DNA from: Elsinoe ampelina
Taxonomy: Eukaryota
Assembly: GCA_010093995.1 (NCBI GenBank)
Contig: ML992513.1
Span: forward strand, 62,001-126,000
Length of the DNA: 64,000 nt
Direction: 5' to 3'
Shown here: piece after piece, positions 39,396 to 51,000 of the stretch
Position numbering within the stretch: position 1 is the stretch's first letter
Layout of the letters: each line of letters begins with the position of its first letter
Made by a program: the position numbers and the translations under genes
The notes under the pieces: model-generated
Database searches by the model: none
Told to the model about the DNA's origin: nothing
Seen by the model: only the letters and a program-made list of their open reading frames with translations

Positions 39396-41150
39396 TAAAG
39401 CTTAGCCTAAGTAACTCTCTTTAAAAATTGCTATAAGGTTAGCTAACCTTCTTCCTAAATATATTCTTATAATAAGAAGAATAAGAAAACTAAGAAGGTA
39501 AGTATATATTACTACNNNNNNNNNNNNNNNNNNNNNNNNNNNNNNNNNNNNNNNNNNNNNNNNNNNNNNNNNNNNNNNNNNNNNNNNNNNNNNNNNNNNN
39601 NNNNNNNNNNNNNNNNNNNNNNNNNNNNNNNNNNNNNNNNNNNNNNNNNNNNNNNNNNNNNNNNNNNNNNNNNNNNNNNNNNNNNNNNNNNNNNNNNNNN
39701 NNNNNNNNNNTATAAAGTTAATAACAAAGGAGAGGTTATAAAGTATAAAGTAAAAGTCTATATAAGAGATAATCTCTAATTAATAGAATCTAAGACTTAT
39801 ATAGCAACTCTAGTAGCTAAGATCTTTAGAATGCTTATAGCATTACTTACTTATAAAGATATAAAGGCTATCTAGATAGATGTTATTAATGCCTATATTA
39901 ATAGTCCTATTAATAAGACTACTTACTATACTATCTCTACTAGATTTAAGCTAGTTATAGAGGATCTTATAAAGGACTATCCTAGTATTACTCTATTAGA
40001 TATAATTCTGCTACTTAATAAGGCACTATATAGTCTAAAGTAAGCCCTAGCTCTCTAGTATACTAAATTTACTACTACTCTAAAGAGTATTAGATTTACT
40101 TAAGCCCCTAAGGCTCTATATCTCTAAATAATACCTAAAGTAATAATCTTCTTCTTTGTAGATAATATTACTATTATATATCTTAAGAAGTATAAGGAGA
40201 AAGCTAATACTATTATTATAGCTCTCTATACTAAATATAAAATAAAGATACTTAAAGATCTAAGCTAGTTTCTAGCTATCTAAGTTATAAGAGATAGACT
40301 AATAAAGAGACTCTAGCTTAGCTAAGCCTAGTATATACAATAGATATATAGCAAGTTTATTATAGAACTAATAAGGCTAGTATTAATACTACTACTAATT
40401 AAGATACTCTAACCTTATAAAGGCTAAGTATTACTATAAGAGATCTACCTATATTAGTAAAAGATAGAATCTATTAACTTTATAGTAGTTATTATAAGGC
40501 CTAATATAGCCTTTGCTACTTCTAGATTATTAGAGCATCTAATAAACCTATTACTAACTTACTAGAGGATAGTAAATAGAGTAATCTAATATCTCTATAA
40601 AACTAAGAATTTAGCTCTTACCTTTAATAGCTTAATACTACTACTAATCTTTTAAGCTTTATTAGATACTAGCTTTAGTAGCTACCTAATAAGGAAGAGC
40701 CTTTAAAGCTATCTCTTTAAGATGTTTTAAGAATTAATTAACTAGAAGGCTATAAAGTAACTAATAGTTATAACATTAACTATAGAGGCTAAATTACTTA
40801 CTCTTATAGAGACTACTAAGTAAGCTATATAGTAGAGAAGACTAATAGCCTCTATCTATCTCCTTAAGTATATTAGTATTTAGTGTAATAATTAGTAAAT
40901 AATTAGCCTTATTACTAGTCTAATTAAGAAGCTTAATATATATCTTTATTATATTAATATCTATTATTACTAGCTAAAACAAGAGATTAATCTAGCTAGA
41001 GATCTATCTAGCTCTATCTTAGTAATATAGACACTATTAGTAGACACCTTAGCTAATAGATTTACTAAATTATTGCTACCTAGGAGGTATAAGGCCTTCT
41101 TATAATAGCTATCCCTTAAGTTAGTAGTCTACTAACTAGCTATTATAGAG
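39396..41150 (+). pseudogene. Copia reverse transcriptase and RNase H (RIP-mutated)
   Basis: De-RIP: KYKARVCVRGDLQ ~39740; QIDVINAYINS ~39873; KALYGLKQAPALWY ~40020; FFFVDDI ~40148; RPDIAFA ~40497; TVTTSTTEAEL ~40765; HIDIHYHWL ~40950. Confidence 0.9.
39516..39710. other. Assembly gap (195 N) within Copia pol
   Basis: Run of N with Copia pol sequence on both sides. Confidence 1.
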
Positions 41151-41174
41151 TTATAGCTACTTAGTAAAGGGGTG

Positions 41175-41433
41175 TGTTAACTAAGGCATAAGCTAGAGCG
41201 CTAAGAAGACTCTAATTTAGTTTATCCTAAGGTTAAACTAAATACTTATCTACTACTCTACTAATTTATAATTAAATTAAATAGTTAGTGTCTTAATCTG
41301 TTATTACTTAGGAGTTCTATTGATTTATCTATCTCTTAGTTTATTAGGTTAAGTATTTATGTAGTTATAATCTACCTCAGTTTAGTGGATCAGGCAGTAA
41401 TCAATCCTTTTTCCTCCCCCACACAAGTCAACA
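41175..41433 (+). repeat. Copia 3' LTR
   Basis: Ends ...AAGTCAACA and is followed by TSD CCCGC. Confidence 0.95.
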
Positions 41434-41550
41434 CCCGCTTTGGGTCATGTGACGTGCTCGTGCGTGCTTAGCTAAGCAGCCGTGACTTCTCTGCCGGCCG
41501 ACCTCAACAGCTACATCTCGCTCTGCTTTGCTCGGTGACTATCGGGCCAA

Positions 41551-43988
41551 CTATCGTGACGGATCTTTGCCGATAATCCCGCCCGATTCATTAGGCTCCT
41601 TACCGATGACCCCGTCTGGATCTGACGTCGGATAAAAATCGTATCGCAGACATCCTGCATCGATAAAGCCTCCAGCACCACCATTGTTACCTGTTAAACG
41701 CTACGTCAGCACTATACACACGTTGGGGATAGCTTTGATGGACTCACAAAGCTGATAATTCTCCCTCATTAAAGTTGTGCAATTCAACGCATCGCCCTCG
41801 ATTGGAAACGTAGATTTCTGCTCTGCCGCACTGGTTTCGCACCCTTCGACCCATGAGATCTTGAAGTTCTGGTGGTTATCCGGCATGATCCCAGGTGGCC
41901 CGAAGTAGAGCTCTTTGTCACCTGCCTTCATCACAGCCCCTTCATAATACTGGCAAGCCATCTGGGAGTATTGGAGCTGTGCATTGTCCTGGACGTCGCG
42001 GTGATGGGAATCTGCATGACAGCTGCGTGGCGAGAACGATGGCTTCGGCAACGGTGCCGGCAGACTGTCGACCTGCCAGGAGAACTTCGCGCAGCCGACG
42101 TCAATGGACGCATCAACAAACATGCGATCCATGAGAGAGCCGTGATTGCTACCACCTGGTGGCTGTGTTAGCATCACGAAATCGTAAGAATGGATGGACT
42201 GCTTACACTTGCTCTTGACCAGCTTGTCCCATGCATTCTTGCAGAGATCATCTCGGGGTACTGAGCATTCGCCTTCCTTTGGTTCGTAAGCCAGGTGGAA
42301 TCGATAGTCAAGGAAGGATTCGGCCTTCTCCGGTGGTGTCCGTCTGAAGAGAGATCGGCCGCTAACTTGGCTGGCCATGACTTTCTTCAGCAAGGGGATC
42401 TCATCGCCAAGAATGTCATACGCTCTCGGACCCCACGCACTATCCAGACTCCCCATGACCTGGGCGCAGAATTTGATCGAGGTCTGCTCAAGAAAGAATT
42501 TGCTGGGTACCTTCGAGATATTTGGAGGACAATCCAGGATCGACTCTTTTGGCGCAGCATCGATGCTGTCGAGAGCTGCGAGAACGGCTTGCTTGAACAC
42601 CGAATCTGACAGCGTGATCCGGTCTTCGGTCTCTGGTAGGCATTGGCAACCTCTGTTGCTGCCTTCCGAGCAGATGCAGTCCACCACACCTGTTGGTTGT
42701 GCGTTGGGTACCGTCGTACTTGTGGGATTGCATTCTTGGCTGCAGCCGGGCTGTGAATTTGTCAGCTTCGTGGTATAGCTCGTTCAGTGTGACTCACTGG
42801 AAGCCCAGTACCTGTGGGACAGCTCGATGCAGAGCTTGTCGTAGCCGCCACTTTTGTCTTGGTGACTTTTTGAATGCTCTCTTTTGGTATCTGGTTCGCA
42901 AAAGGAATGGCCTTGCCATCTCTGAGATGAGCCCAGATGTAAGCCAGGAAAGACCCTGCGGTGACAGTGCCGCCACCCCAAATTGCAGCATTCGCGGCGG
43001 CAGCATCTCCGGATAGAGCTGCTCCAAGAGCAGCAGCCTCTTCAGCCGAGGAGAAGACGACAGCTTCGAGCGTTCCATCAGCTTCTGCACCAGCAGCTCC
43101 TTCGAAGAAACCTTCCTCGTCGTCCGAGAAGTATCCTTCGTCCTCGCCCGAAGCATGACTACCACCATCACCCTCCCAGCCAGGGTCTTGGACTGGATCG
43201 TCACCCGAATACCCTTCATCAACTTCACGCCACGCCTGGTCAGTAAAGGGATGACCAAAACTACCGCGAAGCTCCTCGTCAGCCCCGACCTTGCGGACAA
43301 AATCGGCGAGCCCGCAGGCGGGAGCTTGTCTTTTGTGATGTCGGGATCTGACAAAGGCCTTCTTTGCGGCACATGGCGTGGCTTCTTTGGCCAGCGCCTC
43401 CAGCTTGCTCTTCACCGCAGGGCTGAGCAGGATATCAAGCCCGCCGGCACCATTTTTGGTGACGCTGACGCCTTTGGTGATGGTTGCGAGACTAGCCTCG
43501 CCGCTTTTCCCGGTTGTGGTAGTAGTGGTCACTGCTATGTGCGACGGATCTGGACCAATCCACTGTCAGAGCATGTTAGCAAAGCCGGTCTTGGCAAGTG
43601 TTCAGGACCTTTACCTTGCTAGATCCGTTCTCCTCGAACAAGTAAAGAACATGATTCTGGATGTTCGCGGGCCTGTTATATCAGCTTACGAAACCTTACT
43701 GGTGGGTATACATACGTAGGCTCAGGACCTGGTGGATTGATGCCGATTTGTCCAGCTTCTGTTGGTACTATTGCAGCAGTCTTGACACTGACTCACTTGT
43801 CAGTCTCCTATTACTTTGATTCATTTCTCGGTCTCAGTAGGATACCCTTGGAATGTGTTTTCTGGTTCTTGTCGACGCAAGAGAGAGGCGCCGGGCGTCA
43901 CTGTAGGTGTAGGACTCCGCTCAAGGCGCATGGTATAAGCAAGAGGTGGTGCCAAAGCCAACGCAGTATATGCTACGGTGACTCTCAT
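41551..43988 (-). CDS. Multi-exon, probably secreted Cys-rich protein of unknown function
   Basis: Signal-like start MRVTVAYTALALAPPLAY (ATG 43988). ORFs 42762-43532 and 41701-42687 are joined by GT..CTGAC/CTAAC..AG introns. The last exon reads (C)NNGGAGGFIDAGCLRYDFYP to TAG at 41551. The 5' exon structure is uncertain. Confidence 0.7.
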
Positions 43989-44634
43989 GACTGGTAGGCC
44001 ACCAAAGGTCAGACAAAATTGATTGAACGAGGGTGAGGGATGAGGGCAGCGCTGACTTGAGAGCAGACTGACTGGTTCTCGGTATGGCATATAGCATTGA
44101 GGTACGATACGGCTCTTAACTCCTCCGCTGCTTCTATTCCTGCTCAGATGCCACATGACTGCGAAGCGCGCTGACATGGCAGCTGAACCTACTCCACCGG
44201 AAGCCTTCACTGTCCGTCTAATGCTCAGCCGTCGAAGTACGTCCAGGAATAGCTATTCACTCGAGAATGTGATACTCGCCACCTGTCGCAATGCTCGAAA
44301 CTGATACAACACACTAGACGCTGATCAGAGGCAGAAGCTGGGGCCGCCATCGGTCAATAGCCGGACGCTAGCGCAGCTCCCACGACCCTGCAGCAGCCGG
44401 AGGTAACGAAACGATAGGACTACGATGATGCTAGGATACCTTTAGCGCCCAACATGGGCCGTGCAAAATGGCGGAGTAATGTCGACGGCGGCGCGTCGAG
44501 ACCGGTGTACTCCTACACGGCACCCTGGAACGAGGCAGCTTCTTGGCACTGTTCAGCTCCCGTGCCACCTCCACGACCTCACTCCGGTCTACAGCACCCA
44601 AACCGCCTGAACACCTCAGCCTCAACATCTACGA

Positions 44635-45957
44635 ATGCAAGGCGTGACTCACCGGGTCAAACCATACGATGACGGCGGTGTGGGAACAATTCAGCTGCTG
44701 TGCCAGGCGGTAATAGAGACACAGCCTGAGCATGTACGCTTCTTGTGCATGCCAATGGCTATTCATAGAAGCTGTCTACTTGAGCATCGACGTTTCAGTC
44801 AGGATATCGGGCATGCTGCAGTCGCCACTGCGAGGTACAAGTAAGGTAGGTTCCCCTAGTAAGTCATCAGAGAACCCGATCAGTATACTTTCTATCAGCC
44901 ATGCTCTTCTCTTTCCTGCTTCTAGTCTTCTTGAACACTTCCTTGGTAGTGCATGCAGCGAAGGTCAAATGGACATTGCACAAGTCCTGCTGTTCGTGGA
45001 TCGCCACTGCCAGAATCCCAGTCTGCTGACTGTATCCTAGACAGAACAAAAGATGATACCGCTGATGACAACGATCTGGCCCAGCTCATGATCCAAGTCG
45101 TGCAAGATACTCAGTCATGGGCGAAAAATGGCGACCTCAAGCTCCGACAAACGATCGGTGCGCTGAGTCCACTGTATCGAGCTACGAAATCAGATCTGGA
45201 GCCTCTGCTAGGAAAGGATGAATACGGATCCGCTGTAAAGCAAGTTATCGGTTAGTCTGCTACGACTCTGATATATCACTGCTGACGAGTGACAAGAAAA
45301 GTTCAAACTGTTCGCAGATCTTGAGGGGCCGATAGGAAGAGATGGCGATGCGGCTGGCAGATTCGCCGATTCCCAAGCATGGATAGACCTCCAGAAGCTG
45401 AACACCCACTACCAGGATTTCGTGAGTTCGACACCCCTTGCTGCATGAGCCTGACATTGACAACTTGCAAGATAATTGCCTGCAGGCCAGAGATCACAGT
45501 TAGCCAAGATCGCAGATTCGTTTCAAGAGTCTATGATGTAGTCCGGAGTTCTCCACACCAAGCACCGCATACATTTCAAACGTTCCTTGACCAGGAGAAG
45601 AATCTAGGAGACTGGAATCGCATCGAAGGCCAGAAGATCCAAGCCCTGACACAGGTTGACCCTGAAAGCGTGGAGAACCCGAAGCTGCCGCCGCCAGGAG
45701 AGCGAGCTATGGTGGCTCAAAGCATCACTTTCCATCCGCTGTTGGTCAAATGGCACCGCGAAAGCCAGCAAGATACATGGAACGAGAAGCTGTTCAGCGA
45801 GGTGGCGGCCTCAAACGCAGGAGACGTGTTCAGACGCCTCTCGAGAGAAAGAGGAGTCACGATTCGGCCGGTGGACGGGTTGCTTGAAGCTTCCTTTGTG
45901 CGCTGCATGTTCCACGAGGTGCGTCGCAACTGTCGTCGGAGGGCTGACCCGTACTGA
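44635..45957 (+). CDS. Hypothetical multi-exon protein
   Basis: Chain of protein-like plus-strand ORF segments (44635.., 45042-45250, 45300-45420, 45490-45957) separated by intron-like stretches; no recognisable family. Confidence 0.4.
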
Positions 45958-46272
45958 TTGTTGTAGTTTTTCCATCTCTCTTATTTTGGAGGCATGACTG
46001 ATAGCCTCAACGGCCAGGCTTATGGGTGGCACAACAATGTGCAGAACAAGGATCTGCGGAATCCGGACCTTTACGCCATAATTGCCGCCGTCCTTCAGCT
46101 CAGGAACAGAGATGGTCAGAAGTATGCGGTGTCTGAGCAAGGCTTGGTGTCGAAGCTTTAGGAACGTCACTCCATCGCCTCAGTTTAAGCGCTTCAATCC
46201 CCTGCGTGGTGTATCTTATACAATTGTAGTCGAGCTCTCCAGTCAGTTCCGGTCATCAGATGTGCATCGAAC

Positions 46273-47502
46273 TCAAAAGTCCGGCATCAACTTGTGAAGA
46301 CCGTTGTAGCCACCAAGTCGCACTTCCCTGGCGTACGTCAGTCCATTTTCGTGGTATTTCGAGATCCGGATGAAGGACCTACTCGTGTTCACTGGTCAAT
46401 ATCATCCCGTCGAATTGCCCACGCACATGGACGGGTACCAGAAATGGGTGAAAGCGATCCCCGCTGCCTCTTTTGAACAGGGTGAAGCCCGGCCTCGATA
46501 GAGCCTCGACTGTACCGGACGTAGGCTCAATTTTTGAGCTCAATGGGCAGCTGATGAGCACTTCTGGTACCTCGGACAAGGACGAAAAGACTTGTTTCAG
46601 ATCCCCCAAATTCAGCTGCTTGATACCTCTCATATCAGGGTGGCAATCGATGTCGCCCATGATTGTACGAGTGGATATCCAGATTTTCAGACTTTGCAAG
46701 CTCTTGAAGGAGTCTAGCCTTAGCCAGTGGAAGTCCCAGGCATCATGACGATGTTTCAAACCAGGGAGATCAAAGTTAGCACATATGATCTCTACGGGGA
46801 ATTCAGGTGTGAGGGAGATCTCAAGCTTGCGGACGTGTTGAAAGAACGCAGGAGGTGGCATGCCTATCTTAGGCCATTCTGCCATGATCGGATGCAGTGC
46901 GCAATGTCCGAGAAACATTTGTACGCTCACGGTATCGGTGAAGATGAATGTCGTTTCTCCATAGATAGACCGGAGACACTCTGCAGAGCTACAGGACGTT
47001 AGAGGACTGATGGTCTGCGAACATGATTCTCACCTTACATGAGTTTGCAGCACAGCAGCATCGGCATGTAAGCAGCGGTGACGAGTTCCCGAAGATGAGC
47101 TGGCTGATCCGGCTTCCAGCAGCTCGTGAAAGAAGTCATCCCAACTATCGCTTTCTCGCCATACTTAGTGAACACATCTTCTCCACAATTCCCGTGGTTC
47201 AACCAGGGTGACTGCATACGGCGGCACAGCGGCGTCAGCCGCGGGTGCTTGTCACCAAAGATTCGTTCACCCAACGGGATGCCCAGCTCCTGTCTGATTT
47301 GCTCCAGCTCCTCCTGGACTGGATCGTTTCGTTGATATTGCGTCGAACATGGCCAGCGACAGAAGTGTGCCGAGTCCTCCGGGCCATGCCAGATAATGTG
47401 CTGTCGGAGGCCAGTCATTCGCCACAATTCCAGGTATATCATGTGGCGGATCTCCGGAGGCAGCATACGTACGAACGCTGAGTCGGCCTGAGAATTTCCC
47501 AT
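46273..47502 (-). CDS. Fungal hypothetical protein with F-box-like start (DUF7730-like), 3 exons
   Basis: SAFVRMLPPEIRHMIYLELW...RQHI, then MLLCCKLM-intron-SAECLRSIY..TTFIFTD. ORFs 47035-47502 and 46379-46930, plus a short last exon to TGA at 46273. Confidence 0.7.
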
Positions 47503-48012
47503 ATTGAACGTGGGATTTTACAGATGTAGAAGAAAAGAAGAAAATGTTCGTGCCATTCTGCAACAGATCGAACACAGGCTGGAATCCCAGCGGCTAAAGA
47601 CTTTGGGGCACAGCAGATGCCTCTTTCAGCTGAGGCTGAGTCTCTCATACATGCTACAAAGTAGATGAAACAGCGTACTATCACGATGCGCAGTCGTCGC
47701 TGAACTAGTATTGTGTCATGGATTACGCAGAAGCAGAAGGGGAGTCTGATACGTATCATGATTGACGGTACGCTGTCGCCAGTCTGAGTAACCTCGGCTA
47801 TTGCTGACTCTCAATGTACTTTTATGATAGTATATTCTCCGATCTGTGGACAAGCCATTAGGATATCTTGACATCTATGTACAAAGCATTAGGATGTCTT
47901 GAATACGTGAGATGATTGACCTTAGCGCCTCATTAGCGTGGACCCGTACATCCATCGCTGAGTACCGCATGCTCAGAAGCCAATCCTCGAAGCGGATCTC
48001 TTAATTCATCCT

Positions 48013-51000
48013 TCATTTTATCTCGTCCAGGTCAGTAACTTCCAATTCCCAACTACCAGGGTGGAAATCCGTGGCTTTGAGCGAGGTGGCAATTCTTTCC
48101 TGCTCGAGCCGAATGAGTTCGGCTCTTCTCTTCAATCCTCCATTCCCACTACGGTCACCAATCAGTGTCGTCAACGCAGAAACGTCCAGCTGCGAGATCG
48201 CCGGAATCTTAGCAATGTGGTGTGCTGCATAAGGCGTAGCGTAAGAGACAAAGTAGTTGAACTTTGCAGGACCTTCGGGTTGAAAGACAAGGAGGCAACG
48301 CAGGCAGAGGAATGCCATCATGTCAACGACGTCTTGTGCATCGAATTTGATGCTAGTGTGGTTGGTCTCACCCAGCAGGCAATCCCTGACCATGGGGCTG
48401 GACAAGCGTATTCCGCTTTCCGATACAATGAGGAGACCACCGGAGTCGTTCTTGATCATGTCGATCAGCCCGAAGTTTGCCCCGAGCAGTCCGACTTCAT
48501 CCCGGACGTGGTCATCTGGGAACAGTCTCAGAGCCCCGAAGAGCTCGAAGGCCGTGAGCGTCTGGCAGGCTCCGCTGACCAGCATGAAAATTGGTCGGAA
48601 GATGTGTGTCTTTGGGGGTGGAATAATGGCCAGAGTCTCCGTGTAGAATGATGGGATGCTTTTCGGCAGCCTGGACAAGACGACCAGAACCTCTTCATCA
48701 ACCATTCTTGATACCAGATTTCTGCGAAGCCACTCCAGTGCAAGATTGTGCCACATGAATGTGCCGTCACTTTTGGACATGAGCTGCTGGCCAATTCGCA
48801 GCATCGCGTTGTTAGACAATCCCATGTCCGCTCCGTGCTTGACGATCTCTTCCTTGGTCACGGCACTCAAATCTGCTTCAATGCCTACCGTCCCTGTGTC
48901 GTCCTTGTCAGATATAGTTGAGATGGGCCTTGAGGAAGCCTGCATTTGACTGAGATTTGTCGGGAAAGAGTGGCTTGTTACGAGGATTTTCAGAGAACCT
49001 TTGCACCATGGAGACTGGTCGTTGAGTTTGGTCAGATAGCTACAGAGCTGAGAGGTGTCTGGGTCGCGACACGCTTGCAACCCGTCCAGAATGCAGATAA
49101 CGGGTCGAGCTCGGGGGTCGGCGCATGAGTCGAGCAGGATTTTCCACAGTATATCTGTATTGTGCATCAATTCATCCTTCCGTGCCCTCCAATGAGGTAA
49201 TGCATGCTCGATCAAGTCAAGTTGGCCGTCGTACAACTTGTGGAGCACTGCGCACAAAGCAGTTGCAAAGTGGTTCTGCAGAACAGCATCGGCAAAGAAG
49301 AAGTGACAGACTGTGGTACCCCTTGGCATCTTTCCAATCAAGTCCTGATCAACCAGAGATCTCGCAAACACGGACTTCCCGACACCAGATCTCGCTGTGA
49401 TCCAGAGTAAGCTAGACGATGATCCATGAAGCCAACTCCGAAATTTGTCATTTTCAAGGACCCACTGGCAGGTCGACGGATGTCGGTGCCTGTGTACATC
49501 CTTGAACTCCTCGTACGGCGAGTTTTTGAACCACCATAGGCAGCGGATTGATTCATCATGTTGCGGTGCCAGAAGTGACAATTTTGGTGGATCTCCAGTA
49601 TTCCTGGTAGTACCACGACCAAAGAATAGATCCTGCCCGACATCGTCGTCCGAAGTCGACACAATCCCGTTATCAGAAGCACTTGAAGCAGCTGAGACTG
49701 ATGAAGCCTGTGCAGCCGGCTCACTGGCATCAATCACCGGGCTCAAATGAGGTGTGACAAAGTCTGCCGCTTCTTCCTGCGATACGGCGTCCGATACGTC
49801 TATTGAGAGTATGAGCTCCTTGACATAGGCAGCGGCAGCAAGACCGGCATACGGTTGCCAAAGCTTGGTTTTGTGAGAGTCCGCATAATCGCTAATGCCT
49901 CGGACGACCACGCAAGGTAGATAGCGCATGATATCCAGGGACGAATAATCGTCAGCGCATACCGCACCTGTCGCTTTTTGTAATCCATCCCGAACATCGG
50001 AGGATGTGATTACATAGTTACCGCTAGCAACGAAGCCATCGTGGTGGGCATGTGGTAGGATCTCTGTCCGAGCAGATCTGGGGACCTCGGCAGCTGATGC
50101 ACACGTCTCGCAGGACGGTGAATGTTCAGGATGACGGAAAGAGGGATGGATGAGCTTATCGGTCCTCGGGTCTGGACGTTCACTCGATGATATCAAGGTC
50201 TCTTCTGCGGAATCTAGTGCTTGTTGTAGGATTCGATCAAAGATAGCTTGGTGACCTTCTGTTTTTCTTCGCATCGTATACAGAGCTGCCAAAGTTGAAG
50301 GCGGTAATAGTTTGTAGTCCTTACCAATAGTGGTGGGATCTTTACCCCGCTGCCATTCCACAAGGCCAGTGGAGGTCGTGCTCGAGCATGCAATCACTAC
50401 GTCCCCGAGGCGAACATCCATAGCCGGGGTCGGAAGTGCTCCAGCAATGCCGGCTGAAATCGCTGACTCGATATTCGGAAAGAGATTGACTATGTCTCGA
50501 GCGACGGCGCCTGTAGACTTACCAGGAGGACATTGTGCGATCACGATATCCTGCTCGCCAATTCGACCGAGTGATAAATCACCACCTGCCGGTAATTCTC
50601 CGTTGTATTGCAGATCGTATTCGTCGAGCATGGCTCTTGCTACGACATAGTCGTTTTCCGTTGCACAAATCCAGGCGAACTTGATTGTGTCCATTTTCGC
50701 CTTATAACCTTCAACTATCGCAGAGGCATCGGAATATAATCCCTGAGCTGCGACTGATGTTTGTTCCTCTGCTCCAACTTCATTATCTTCCGAAATGGTG
50801 ATGACACGGGGAATTGAGAATTGGGCAAATCGGATCATATGGGCAGCCATGTGTTTCTCCAGGCCTTCGACGAATGGACCAACAGCATTGCAGAACAGAC
50901 AAGTTGATCTTGTGTCAACTGTAAATGAGCTAGTACCGGTGAGAAGCTGTTCGAGCTGAAGATGTGTCATGTCCGACTGATGTGAACTCTCGAGATGTCT

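Larger units (their letters stand above)
5323..41433 (+). mobile_element. RIP-inactivated Ty1/Copia LTR retrotransposon forming the outer shell of the whole AT-rich block, with two nested insertions
   Basis: Matching 259-bp LTRs (TGTCAAC...GTCAACA) at both ends. 5-bp TSD CCCGC at 5318-5322 and 41434-41438. Copia-type PBS remnant GTTATAAGCCTAG after the 5' LTR. Purine tract AAAGGGG before the 3' LTR. Gag-PR-IN-RT-RH order. Confidence 0.95.

Noticed and set aside
20968..39727. ORF-track hydrophobic L/I/Y/S-rich ORFs (20968, 28266, 31036, 39512)
   Set aside because: These are RIP-composition artefacts on the non-coding strand, or they span the N gap.
41449..41478. GTGACGTG matching the giant element terminus, and a 14-bp palindrome TGCTTAGCTAAGCA just outside the Copia TSD
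   Set aside because: Too short, with no partner end; compatible with chance or an ordinary transcription-factor site.
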